Origin: Felis catus
Lineage: Eukaryota
Reading direction: 5' to 3'
DNA: 64,000 bases
Assembly: GCF_018350175.1 (NCBI RefSeq)
Contig: NC_058368.1
Location: forward strand, 126,234,001-126,298,000
The notes under the pieces were generated by a model that was not told the DNA's origin, did not search any database, and saw nothing but the letters and a program-made list of their open reading frames with translations. Shown here piece by piece: positions 52,229-64,000 of this stretch. How positions within the stretch are numbered: the stretch's first letter is position 1; each line of letters opens with the position of its first letter. The position numbers and the translations under genes are program-made.

Positions 52229-52610
52229 GTAAGTTATTTTAGTGTCGAACTCTAACATAACAAGAAAGGATCCAGAACTCAGTAATCTAATATTTTATTA
52301 AGAATATCCTGTGAACCTATCATAGGGCCAAGTGCTGTGTGAAATGTGACATTTGAGTGGTGCCACAAAAAACTTTCATGTGAATTATTTTGTTTGAACT
52401 TCATGAATGTCTTACAAAGGAGTTAAAGCAAATATTAGAAAATCCCAATCACAAATGAGTAGAAGTTCAAAGAGCCCTATAACTTGCCCCAAATTCCAAT
52501 ATCATTAAGTCGTGGTATAAGGACTTCCACATGGATATTCTGTGCTTTTCCCTGTAGAACCTACTCTCTCTCAGGACAGGCTAAGATTAACTCTTAAGAA
52601 AAGAAGTTCA

Positions 52611-52758
52611 GGGGCCCTTGGGTGGCTCAGTCATTTAAGCATCTGACTCTTGATTTTGGCTCAGGTCATGATCTCATAGTTCATGGGATCGAGACCTGCC
52701 CCTCCCCTCTTGCACTCTATCTCTTTCTCTGTCTCTCAAAAATAAACTTAAAAAAAAA
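52611..52758 (+). mobile_element. Internally deleted CAN-SINE
   Basis: Head joined directly to the CT-rich segment and A tail. Confidence 0.85.
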
Positions 52759-54539
52759 TCCAGAAATGTATATGTTAATTAGGCACAGAAAGTAGAGGAA
52801 TAAGAAAAAAAGAACAAGGCCAAATATTATTAGGAAAGGAATGATTTTAATGCAGTGGTTCTGGTTTGGTTCCAAAACCTACGTTATTTTCTCTACAGCA
52901 CTCTAATCAAATGTAGGGTCATAACATTCAGCCCTATTCACCTTAGTCATATCACTCATCATGTTCACCCATATCTGGTGTGTGCATGGTATTCTCCCCT
53001 GCCAGATTCTGAGATCGTTGTGGAAGTGGTGGCTAAGTGACTTGTCTCAGGTCACACAGTTGAACATGACAGTTCAGGGACTTGAAGTAAAGCTGATAGA
53101 ATACAAAACCCATAATCTTAACCACTATGCTGTGCTTTTTTATGCAAATCAGTAATCAAGTAAGTATGATTTGTTAATAAATGATACAGAAAATAAAAGC
53201 TTGTGACTCTTCTCTTACTGATTGTTGCTTAAAACTAAATGACTCTTACAGGATTCTCTTTAATAATAGTTGAGTAAATAAATTCATCCATCTTCAATAC
53301 TTAATGAGTAAATTAACTCATACACAGATAGGTGAAATACATTTTGCATTCACCCTGTTGTATAGGTTATGCCCACTACTTGCTTTCAAAAGTTTATAAA
53401 GAGCATGTCTTCAAAAGGTGATATTCATTATTCATCTCAAGAAGTAATTGAGACTGAGCCAGTTTAGGAAGAAGGAAACAAAACAAAACTCCAGAATAGA
53501 AGAAAATAAATGAAAACTAAGAAATTAGAGATATATTTATTCAGCAGCCTATTTTAAAAACCTCATGTAGAGATTTAACCAAATGTGAGTTTTGTTTTGT
53601 TTTCATTTTTGTTGTTGTTTTCATATAATTAAGTGGTCCAGAAATAGGCAGCCCTAGGCTTTTACAGTGGTGTGAAATGTCATTAGTGGTAGGAAAGTCA
53701 TTCACATGGGATTTTTGTCCTCATTTTGTGCTCCCAGGCATCATGCACACATTCCAGGCAGGAAGAAAGGGGAAAACAAAGGGCAAAAAGGAGGGAGACC
53801 AAATGTATCTGGCCTTTTCAAAACACTCAAATATCCCTAGAAGATTTCTACTGCTGATACGTTGGTCGGAATTGTGTATTCTTGGCACCTGTACTTACAA
53901 AGGAATTTAGAAAATTTAGTTGATTATGTGGCTTCAGGGAAGAAAATTAGAAGTTATCATTGAGGAAGATAGTGAGAATGGATATAATGGAAGCAAGCAG
54001 CATTATCTCCTATGGAAAGACATTAACAAAGTTGTCATTATTCATAGACAATAGGTTTATGTGATAAAAATCCAAAGAATCTATAGAGAAACTGTAATAA
54101 CTAAAAATTCCAGATTAAAAAAAGATACTACATACACACACACACACACACACACATACATATATATACATATACACACATATGTATTACATATATATAT
54201 ATATACACATACATACATACATTTAAATTTTTTTGTACCAGTGACAATTTTAAAATATTTTTTAAAAATATCTACAGTAGCAACAAAATTTATTTTTTTT
54301 ATTTTATATATATATATATATATATATGAAATTTATTGACAAATTGGTTTCCATACAACACCCAGTGCTCATCCCAAAAGGTGCCCTCCTCAATACCCAT
54401 CACCCACCCTCTCCTCCCTCCCACCCCCCATCAACCCTCAGTTTGTTCTCAGTTTTTAACAGTCTCTTATGCTTTGGCTCTCTCCCACTCTAACTTTTTT
54501 TTTTTCCTTCCCCTCCCCCATGGGTTCCTGTTAAGTTTC

Positions 54540-57500
54540 TCAGGATCCACATAAGAGTGAAACCATATGGTATCTGTCTTTCTCTGTATGGCTTATTTCA
54601 CTTAGCATCACACTCTCCAGTTCCATCCACGTTGCTACAAAAGGCCATATTTCATTTTTTCTCATTGCCACGTAGTATTCCATTGTGTATATAGACCACA
54701 ATTTCTTTATCCATTCATCAGTTGATGGACATTTAGGCTCTTTCCATAATTTGGCTATTGTTGAGAGTGCTGCTATGAACATTGGGGTACAAGTGGCCCT
54801 ATGCATCAGTACTCCTGTATCCCTTGGATAAATTCCTAGCAGTGCTATTGCTGGGTCATAGGGTAGGTCTATTTTTAATTTTCTGAGGAACCTCCACACT
54901 GCTTTCCAGAGCGGCTGCACCAATTTGCATTCCCACCAACAGTGCAAGAGGGTTCCCGTTTCTCCACATCCTCTCCAGCATCTGTAGTCTCATGATTTGT
55001 TCATTTTGGCCACTCTGACTGGCGTGAGGTGATACCTGAGTGTGGTTTTGATTTGTATTTCCCTGATAAGGAGCGACGCTGAACATCTTTTCATGTGCCT
55101 GTTGGCCATCTGGATGTCTTCTTTAGAGAAGTATCTATTGATGTTTTCTGCCCATTTCTTCACTGGGTTATTTGTTTTTCGGGTGTGGATTTTGGTGAGC
55201 TCTTTATAGATTTTGGATACTAGCCCTTTGTCCGATATGTCATTTGCGAATATCTTTTCGCATTCCGTTGGTTGCCTTTTAGTTTTGTTGGTTGTTTCCT
55301 TTGCTGTGCAGAAGCTTTTTATCTTCATAAGGTCCCAGTAATTCACTTTTGCTTTTAATTCCCTTGCCTTTGGGGATGTGTCGAGTAAGAGATTGCTACG
55401 GCTGAGGTCAGAGAGGTCTTTTCCTGCTTTCTCCTCTAGGGTTTTGATGGTTTCCTGTCTCACATTTAGGTCCTTTATCCATTTTGAGTTTATTTTTGTG
55501 AATGGTGTGAGAAAGTGGTCTAGTTTCAACCTTCTGCATGTTGCTGTCCAGTTCTCCCAGCACCATTTGTTAAAGAGGCTGTCTTTTTTTCCATTGGATG
55601 TTCTTTCCTGCTTTGTCAAAGATGAGTTGGCCATACGTTTGTGGGTCTAGTTCTGGGGTTTCTATTCTGTTCCATTGGTCTATGTGTCTGTTTTTGTGCC
55701 AATACCATGCTGTCTTGATGATGACAGCTTTGTAGTAGAGGCTAAAGTCTGGGATTGTGATGCCTCCTGCTTTGGTCTTCTTCTTCAAAATTACTTTGGC
55801 TATTCGGAGCCTTTTGTGGTTCCATATGAATTTTAGGATTGCTTGTTCTAGTTTCGAGAAGAATGCTGGTGCAATTTTGATTGGGATTGCATTGAATGTG
55901 TAGATAGCTTTGGGTAGTATTGACATTTTAACAATATTTATTTTTCCAATCCATGAGCAGGGAATGTCTTTCCATTTCTTTAAATCTTCTTCAATTTCCT
56001 TCATAAGCTTTCTATAGTTTTCAGCATACAGATCCTTTACATCTTTGGTTAGATTTATTCCTAGATATTTTATGCTTCTTGGTGCAGTTGTGAATGGGAT
56101 CAGTTTCTTTATTTGTCTTTCTGTTGCTTCATTGTTAGTGTGTAAGAATGCAACTGATTTCTGTACATTGATTTTGTATCCTGCAACTTTGCTGAATTCC
56201 TGTATCAGTTCTAGCAGACTTTTGGTGGAGTCTATCGGATTTTCCATGTATAATATCATGTCATCTGCAAAAAGCGAAAGCTTGACTTCATCTTTGCCAA
56301 TTTTGATGCCTTTGATTTCCTTTTGTTGTCTGATTGCTGATGCTAGAACTTCCAGCACTATGTTAAACAGCAGCGGTGAGAGTGGGCATCCTTGTCGTGT
56401 TCCTGATCTCAGGGAAAAAGCTCTCAGTTTTTCCCCGCTGAGGATGATGTTAGCTGTGGGCTTTTCATAAATGGCTTTTATGATCTTTAAGTATGTTCCT
56501 TCTATCCCGACTTTCTCAAGGGTTTTTATTAAGAAAGGGTGCTGGATTTTGTCAAAGGCCTTTTCTGCATCGATTGACAGGATCATATGGTTCTTCTCTT
56601 TTTTTTTGTTAATGTGATGTATCACGTTGATTGATTTGCGAATGTTGAACCAGCCCTGCATCCCAGGAATGAATCCCACTTGATCATGGTGAAGAATTCT
56701 TTTTATATGCCGTTGAATTCGATTTGCTAGTATCTTATTGAGAATTTTTGCATCCATATTCATCAGGGATATTGGCCTGTAGTTCTCTTTTTTTACTGGG
56801 TCTCTGTCTGGTTTAGGAATCAAAGTAATACTGGCTTCATAGAATGAGTCTGGAAGTTTTCCTTCCCTTTCTATTTCTTGCAATAGCTTGAGAAGGATAG
56901 GTATTATCTCTGCTTTAAACGTCTGGTAGAACTCCCCTGGGAAGCCATCTGGTCCTGGACTCTTATTTGTTGGGAGATTTTTGATAACCGATTCAATTTC
57001 TTCGCTGGTTATCGGTCTGTTCAAGCTTTCTATTTCCTCCTGATTGAGTTTTGGAAGCGTGTGGGTGTTCAGGAATTTGTCCATTTCTTCCAGGTTGTCC
57101 AATTTGTTGGCATATAATTTTTCATAGTATTCCCTGATAATTGTTTGTATCTCTGGGGGATTGGTTGTAATAATTCCATTTTCATTCATGATTTTATCTA
57201 TTTGGGTCATCTCCCTTTTCTTTTTGAGAAGGCTGGCTAGAGGTTTGTCAATTTTGTTTATTTTTTCAAAAAACCAACTCTTGGTTTCGTTGATCTGCTC
57301 TACAGTTTTTTTAGATTCTATATTGTTTATTTCTGCTCTGATCTTTATTATTTCTCTTCTTCTGCTGGGTTTAGGCTGCCTTTGCTGTTCTGCTTCTAGT
57401 TCCTTTAGGTGTGCTGTTAGATTTTGTATTTGGGATTTTTCTTGTTTCTTGAGATAGGCCTGGATTGCAATGTATTTTCCTCTCAGGACTGCCTTCGCTG

Positions 57501-58366
57501 CGTCCCAAAGCATTTGGATTGTTGTATTTTCATTTTCATTTGTTTCCATATATATTTTTAATTTCTTCTCGAATTGCCTGGTTGACCCATTCATTCTTTA
57601 GTAGGGTGTTCTTTAACCTCCATGCCTTTGGAGGTTTTCCAGACTTTTTCCTGTGGTTGATTTCAAGCTTCATAGCATTGTGGTCTGAAAGTATGCATGG
57701 TATGATTTCAATTCTTGTATACTTATGAAGGGCTGTTTTGTGACCCCGTATGTGATCTATCTTGGAGAATGTTCCATGTGCACTCGAGAAGAAAGTATAT
57801 TCTGTTGCTTTGGGATGCAGAGTTCTAAATATATATGTCAAGTCCATCTGATCCAATGTATCATTCAGGGCCTTTGTTTCTTTATTGACCATGTGTCTCG
57901 ATGATCTATCCATTTCTGTAAGTGGAGTGTTAAAGTCCCCTGCAATTACCACATTCTTATCAATAAGGTTGCTTATGTTTATCAGTAATTGTTTTATATA
58001 TTTGGGGGCTCCGGTATTCGGCGCATAGACATTTATAATTGTTAGCTCTTCCTGATGGATAGACCCTGTAACTATTATATAATGTCCTTCTTCATCTCTT
58101 GTTACAGCCTTTAATTTAAAGTCTAGTTTGTCTGATATAAGTATGGCTACTCCATCTTTCTTTTGGCTTCCAGTCGCATGATAAATAGTTCTCCATCCCC
58201 TCACTCTCAATCTGAAGGTGTCCTCAGGTCTAAAATGAGTCTCTTGTAGACAGCAAATAGATGGGTCTTGTTTTTTTATCTATTCTGATACCCTATGTCT
58301 TTTGGTTGGCGCATTTAATCCATTTACATTCAGTGTTATTATAGAAATATACGGGTTTAGAGTCAT
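54540..58366 (-). pseudogene. LINE-1 ORF2 (endonuclease/reverse transcriptase), disrupted
   Basis: Starts ATG ACT CTA AAC (MTLNPYISIITLNVNGLN) at 58366; contains CCLQETH, GDFN, SDHN, QGCPLSP, FADD and HCWWECK. Lesions: TAG at 58280-58282, -1 in an A-run near 57555, +1 in an A-run at 55584-55590, TGA at 54990-54992. Confidence 0.95.
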
Positions 58367-58416
58367 TGTGATGTCTGTATGTTTTATGCTTGTAGTGATG
58401 TCTCTGGGACTTTGTC

Positions 58417-59310
58417 TCACAGGGTCCCCCTTAGGATCTCTTGTAGGGCTGGTTTAGTGGTGACAAATTCCTTCAGTTTTTGTTTGTTTGGGAAGACCTT
58501 TATCTCTCCTTCTATTCTAAATGACAGACTTGCTGGATAAAGGACTCTTGGCTGCATATTTTTTCTGTCTAGCACCCTGAAAATCTCGTGCCAATTCTTT
58601 CTGGCCTGCCAAGTTTCAAAAGAGAGATCAGTCACGAGTCTTATAGGTCTCCCTTTATATGTGAGGGCACGTTTATCCCTTGCTGCTTTCAGAATTTTCT
58701 CTTTATCCTTGTATTTTGCCAGTTTCACTATGATATGTCGTGCAGAAGATCGATTCAAGTTAGGTCTGAAGGGAGTTCTCTGTGCCTCTTGGATTTCAAT
58801 GCCTTTTTCCTTCCCCAGTTCAGGGAAGTTCTCAGCTATTATTTCTTCAAGTACCCCTTCAGCACCTTTCCCTCTCTCTTCCTCCTCTGGGATACCAATT
58901 ATGCGTATATTATTTCTTTTTAGTGTATCACTTAGTTCTCTAATTTTCCCCTCATACTCCTGGATTTTTTTATCTCTCTTTTTCTCAGCTTCCTCTTTTT
59001 CCATAACTTTATCTTCTAGTTCACCTATTCTCTCCTCTGCCTCTTCAAGCCGAGCTGTGGTGGTTTCCATTTTGTTATGCATTTCGTTTAAAGCGTTTTT
59101 CAGCTCCTCGTGACTGTTCCTTAGTCCCTTGATCTCTGTAGCAAGAGATTCTCTGCTGTCCTGTATACTGTTTTCAAGCCCAGCGATTAATTTTGTGACT
59201 ATTATTCTAAATTCACTTTCTGTTATATTATTTAAATCCTTTTTGATCAGCTCATTAGCTGTTGTTATTTCCTGGAGATTCTTCTGAGGGGAATTCTTCC
59301 GCTTGGTCAT
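58417..59310 (-). CDS. LINE-1 ORF1p (coiled coil, RRM, CTD), intact, 297 aa from ATG MTKRKNSPQ
   Basis: Uninterrupted ORF with typical L1 ORF1 motifs: coiled coil LEEAEERIGELED, RNNIRIIGIPE, RHIIVKL, LYPASLSF, FVTTKPALQEIL. Confidence 0.95.
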   Translation of the reverse strand: MTKRKNSPQKNLQEITTANELIKKDLNNITESEFRIIVTKLIAGLENSIQDSRESLATEIKGLRNSHEELKNALNEMHNKMETTTARLEEAEERIGELEDKVMEKEEAEKKRDKKIQEYEGKIRELSDTLKRNNIRIIGIPEEEERGKGAEGVLEEIIAENFPELGKEKGIEIQEAQRTPFRPNLNRSSARHIIVKLAKYKDKEKILKAARDKRALTYKGRPIRLVTDLSFETWQARKNWHEIFRVLDRKNMQPRVLYPASLSFRIEGEIKVFPNKQKLKEFVTTKPALQEILRGTL

Positions 59311-60240
59311 TTTGGATAGTCCCTGGCGTGGTGAGGACCTGCAGGGCACTTCCCCTGTGCTGTGGTGTATAACTGGAGTTGGTGGGCGGGGCCGCAGTCA
59401 GACCTGATGTCTGCCCCCAGCCCACCACTGGGGCCACAGTCAGACTGGTGTGTGCCTTCTCTTCCCCTCTCCTAGGGGCGGGATTCACTGTGGGGTGGTG
59501 TGGCCCGTCTGGGCTACTTGCACACTGCCAGGCTTGTGATGCTGGGGATCTGGCGTATTAGCTGGGGTGGGTAGGCAAGGTGCACAGGGGCAGGAGGGGC
59601 AGGCTTAGCTCGCTTCTCCTTAGGTGATCCACTTCAGGAGGGGCCCTGTGGCAGCGGGAGGGAGTCAGATCCGCTTCGGGAGGTTTGGCTCCGCAGAAGC
59701 ACAGAGTTGGGTGTTTGCGCGGGAGCGAGCAAGTTCCCTGGCAGGAACTGGTTCTCTTTGGGATTTTGGCTGGGGGATGGGCGGGGGAGATGGCGCTGGC
59801 GAGCGCCTTTGTTCCCCACCAAACTGAGCTCTGTCGTCAGGGGGCTCAGCAGCTCTCCCTCCCTTTGTCCTCCAGCCTTCCCGCTTTCCGAGCAGAGCTG
59901 TTAACTTATGACCTCCCAGACGCTAAGTCGCGCTTGTTGTGGGAACACAGTCCGTCAGGCCCCTCCGCTTTTGCAAGCCAGACTCGGGGGCTCTGCTTGG
60001 CCGGCGAGCCGCCCCTCCGCCCCGGCTCCCTCCCGCCAGTCCGTGGAGCGCGCCGCCTTGCCGCCCTTCCTACCCTCTTCCGTGGGCCTCTCGTCTGCGC
60101 TTGGCTCCGGCGACTCCGTTCTGCTAATCCTCTGGCGGTTTTCTGGGTTATTTAGGCAGGTGTAGGTGGAATCTAAGTGATCAGCAGGACGTGCGGTGAG
60201 CCCAGCGTCCTCCTAAGCCGCCATCTTGCCAATCCCCCCC
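59311..60240 (-). promoter_or_regulatory. L1 5'UTR internal Pol II promoter with YY1 site
   Basis: CpG-rich region; CAAGATGGCGGC (YY1 motif) at 60217-60228 on the minus strand, about 12 nt from the 5' end. Confidence 0.85.
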
Positions 60241-62289
60241 AAAAATTTATTTTATACCAAGGAATAAATAGGTCTAAGAAAAGATGCAGAGCTTATGGAG
60301 AAACATGTAAAAAATTTAAAAACATAATTACCTAAATAAATGGAGAGCTATATCATGTTTATAAAGTTTCAATATTGACAGTAATTCACTCCAAGATAAT
60401 CTGTGGACTCAAAACAATGAGATGGTTTTGTAGAGCTGTGTTTTATACTATTTTCCACCAAAACTGATGATAAAATTCACAATAAATTATATGATGTTTT
60501 TCATTTTACAAATGTTACTGATCTTAATGCATTCAAATCTATCATTCTTTTCACTTATGGTTTGTGATTTCTATATTTTTAAATATATTGTTCACCACCC
60601 TGAGGCCATGAAGATAGCATCTACATATCTTTTCAGAAGAATTTCTTTTTTTTGAGTCTGCACTGTGATTTATGGAAATTGGCAAACAATTTCTAGATGA
60701 TAAGATGAAAGTCTACAGAACGCATAGATGTAACCTAACTGCTAAATACCCCCTTGAGACCTTATGAGTAGAATAAAATGCAGATGTTTATAGTGAGGTT
60801 CATCTTCTCATTCAGGCTGCCAGCATCAGTCTGTGTTAGAAACGCAGGAGAACACCGATACATGTTTGGGTGGTTGGAAGGAAACAGACTCAAAAAGATG
60901 TGCTTTGTAAGTTCTATGCCCCTCCAACTCTCCTTTGGAACTCTGTCTTTGCCCTAACGTATTTCTGACTTTACCAGTTCCCATTTTAATTTTTAACAAA
61001 TACTCATTTTTCCTTGGTCTCCCCAAACAGAGCTTTTCTTATACTCCCTTAATATTTCTCTAAGCCTCAAATTTTAGTCTTCTTCTTAAATAATTGTTCC
61101 TTTCCTGAACATCTGAGAGATATAGATCTCCTTCAACTCTTGCCATCTTGACGTCTTGTGACAGTTACAGAAACAAGAGCTATAGACAGTAACCAAAAAT
61201 TATTCAGAGGTTTCCAAGCTCCTCTTTGGGAAATACTGAGGGGCAGGAACTGGCTCCCAGCAACTTTGATGAGAAAGGTTTTCTTCTTTTTTCCTGTCAT
61301 ATCCCCTAGCACCTATTCACTCAGACTGCTTCCTCCACCTCAGGCTTTTCACTGTGCAGCTTTCTGCCCCCACCTCTGGTCAGATGCTATAGTCCTGCCC
61401 TCCATTCCCTTTGTCAGGCCTCTTGGCTTCACCTGATATGCAGTCTGCCTTGGTGAGTGGCGCTAGGTCAAATGGGCTTCTTTGTCGCTCCTCCTCCTTG
61501 AATGTTTGCATTTTAGGAAGAATTTTCATCAGTCATAATACAAATAACCTCAATGTGGATTGTGAAGATAGACTGTCTTCTTCAGAGGACTTTTGGAGAG
61601 GCTAAAGTGAGATCAGGTTATGTGATGAGTTTGTGGACAATAATAAAGCACCAGGTGGATCCAAGGAGTGATAGTCTTTTATTTCTGCCACTGGCAGACA
61701 AATGAGAGGGGTGTTTACTCAGACTTCTTTCATGGCCCTGAAGGCACATCAGTTAGGTGCTGTCTCCTTGAAGCACAGGAAGCTGGGAACCCAAGGTGCT
61801 GCTTGAGTTCCAAAAAAAGGGCAGTGGTCAGAAAAGTAAAACCAAGAAGGAAGACAGAACACAAGATACATGTTTAGAGGCCTGATACAGAAATCTGGGT
61901 AGGATATTCGAGATAATCAGCATGGTTTTATACTATGGATTTAAAAGAGGTCACCCAGGCAGCATTTTTAGGGAGAGCGGTAAACAGCCTCAGGCTGGAA
62001 CCTTGGGAAATAATCCTAGGTGAGGATCAGGCCAGGGAAGAGTAGGCTGCAGAGGAGGTGGGAGAGAAGCAGCAGTGATGTCACCCCTAGTGTCATCTGT
62101 CATTTACTGGCACTTTCTATATGCTGGAACATACCGTAGTTAATCTTTTCACATGCATTTTTAACCCTATCATCACAACACTGCTCTGAGGTAGAGGTTA
62201 TTATTATCTCCAGAACATAGGCAAAATATAGAGCAAAGGAAGTAATGTGTCTCATCCACGGAGGTGAGCACAGCCCTTTCAGAATTCCA

Positions 62290-62812
62290 CTGCAGAGTAA
62301 GCTGTTGGCCCCACCTGTGTATGACTCCCTGTATCCTTGCCCATTACCATGTGACTTTCTAGTCCTTCCCGCAGAAGCAGAGTGTACCTCCCTACCCTTC
62401 AACTTTGGGCTGAGCTCTTTGAATTTTATGGTCAAAGGTATGTGGGCAAAAGTGAAAGTGTACCTGTTCCAGCCTAGGACTTAAGAGACATGCCATGCTT
62501 CTACTTGCTCTCTTGTGTTTCTGGCATCACTCCCAGCCTGCAAACTTCCTCAGCTTGCATCCTGGAATGATTGTGCAGGGAGTTTACCTGAATTGTGTCT
62601 GCAGCCAGCTGGACCAGCAGCTTGAGGTGTGTTCACCTAGCAAACCTAGTCTGGATCAGCAGACCCCCTACTGATTCTCAGACACATGACTAAATCCTAT
62701 GAGATCAGCAGAGCCATCCCAGCTGATGAATGAGAAACAAATGCTTACTATAACCCATCAAAGGTGATGGTTGTTCGTTACCCAGCATTATTGTGGGAAA
62801 AGCTAACTGATA
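62290..62812. mobile_element. MLT1-type MaLR solo LTR (old)
   Basis: TTACCATGTGACTTT..GCCTAGGACTTAAGAG..GATCAGCAGAGCC..GTTACCCAGCATTATTGTGGGAAAAGCTAACTGATAC. Confidence 0.65.
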
Positions 62813-64000
62813 CGGAAATGGGACCAGGCAGTATGATTCTAGAATCCTATGCTCTTTTCAGACCTGAAAGATGGCAGGGGTATCAGAGGAGTGGAGTTTT
62901 AAGAAAGAAAGAGTAGCCGTCCTGGCGAAATGCTCCAAGATTAAATAAGATGGTTATAAAATGTGTCATTTCAGAGTATTTTCTCTGCAAATAGGTTTGA
63001 CTGCAGTGTGGCACCTCAGCCAAGCCATAGACCAGCAGCAGGCACAGAAGTTTCACACAAAAACAGTCAGGTGACAGATAAGCAGATGTCTTCAGAAAGT
63101 AAACTCCATTTAGACAACTGGCACATGGGATCCTGTGGCTGCAAGTATCACTGTCATGGCCAAAGACCATGCCTTTGGCTTGGCCATAGATTACAGCTCT
63201 AATGCTTAAACACCTGGCCAAGAAGCCTCAGGGGAGGCAGCTAAATAGCACCAAATGTAGAAATCAGGCAAGAATTAATATGCTGTACATTAATGCTGTT
63301 GCCCAAAAAATCCACCTTTGTTAGAGGACCATCCCTGTTCATCACCTTAGAGAGCAAGGCATAATCAGGTCATTTAGGTCTTATTATTCTATTATTTTGT
63401 ATTAGTCCATCATGTTATTAGAAATAGTAATATAAGGATAGTTTTGAATTTACTGTAATTTAAAAAAAGTTACTAAGTTTATAATTAAGATATTGCCAAA
63501 ATAGATACTTTCCTTTTTATCTAGAGGGAATGTATGCATATTTGATCTTAGCCAAAGGCTGTGAGACCGGATCATAGTGGAAAAACAAACAGAAAATGTC
63601 AGGACACTTGGGCTGGAGTGTTGGCCAGGTTACCAAAGAACACTGTGGCTTGACCTTAGTCACTAGATTACAGATCTCTCATAAAAGAGAATAAGATAGC
63701 CATAATAGTTGCTTCAAACTTGTGTTACTTATGCAACAGCTTCTCAACTTTGAAATTACCTAAAATTAGTAAATACAACATTGAATTCTTTGGTTAATGA
63801 AACTTGCTAAAATGTTTTACTAAAATGTTTATATGAATTCTTTAAAGATCATGATATAAGAATATTTACAATCCCTGGCAAGATTATACTACAAGGAAGC
63901 TTCCAACTAAAAAGGGCCAAAGAAAATTTTTAAAAATGAAGACTTTCATCAGAATTTGAATTAAGGAACTGTGATAACCCCTTACCACAAAATTTGAGGA

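Larger units (their letters stand above)
54297..60240 (-). mobile_element. Full-length young felid LINE-1 (L1_Fc-like), ~5.9 kb
   Basis: GC/CpG-rich 5'UTR starting with a G-run, ORF1, ORF2 (EN, RT, C-rich domains), short 3'UTR with AATAAA (54332-54337 on the minus strand) and an A/(TA)n tail; TSD AAAATTTATTTT at 54285-54296 and 60242-60253. Confidence 0.97.
54020..60410 (+). mobile_element. Ancient L1 ORF2 remnant (pieces ~54020-54290 and ~60245-60410) hosting the young L1
   Basis: Left piece resembles [15 protein letters not shown] (AAAGTTGTCATTATTCATAGACAATAG...AAAAATCCAAAGAATCTA); right piece resembles YLGIN..KDV..LNKWRDI (ATACCAAGGAATAAAT...CTAAATAAATGGAGAG). Confidence 0.7.

Noticed and set aside
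55378..59113. + strand ORFs of 87-150 aa
   Set aside because: Antisense shadows of L1 ORF1 and ORF2.
1..64000. CRISPR arrays, operons or other prokaryotic/viral systems
   Set aside because: No regularly spaced repeats or dense coding; the repeat content is entirely mammalian.

Overview
AT-rich, repeat-dense mammalian genomic DNA, almost certainly from a cat-family carnivore: it carries about 25 tRNA-derived CAN-SINEs (four of a young SINEC_Fc-like subfamily) and felid-type LINE-1. It reads as intergenic or deep intronic sequence, and I cannot support any intact host protein-coding gene. Main features: (1) a full-length ~5.9 kb young LINE-1 on the minus strand (54297-60240) with target-site duplications (TSDs), an intact ORF1 and an ORF2 broken by two stops and two 1-bp homopolymer frameshifts, inserted antisense into a much older L1 ORF2 remnant; (2) a processed ferritin light chain (FTL) pseudogene on the minus strand (~28285-29135), inserted into a Tigger2-type DNA transposon. 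The pseudogene is the most unusual thing here. Its UTRs are ordinarily decayed, but its central coding part is heavily diverged toward G/C and now looks like a CpG island, which fits a local GC-biased gene conversion or recombination hotspot. Its iron-responsive element loop and start codon are also lost. Other observations: two closely spaced inverted pairs of young SINEs, each pair sharing its own variant; multi-level nested insertions; a fold-back at a SINE 5' end; small tandem duplications; and a few low-confidence candidate exons. Repeat family names and the FTL comparison come from recalled consensus and mRNA sequences, not database searches. Boundaries of old repeats are approximate.
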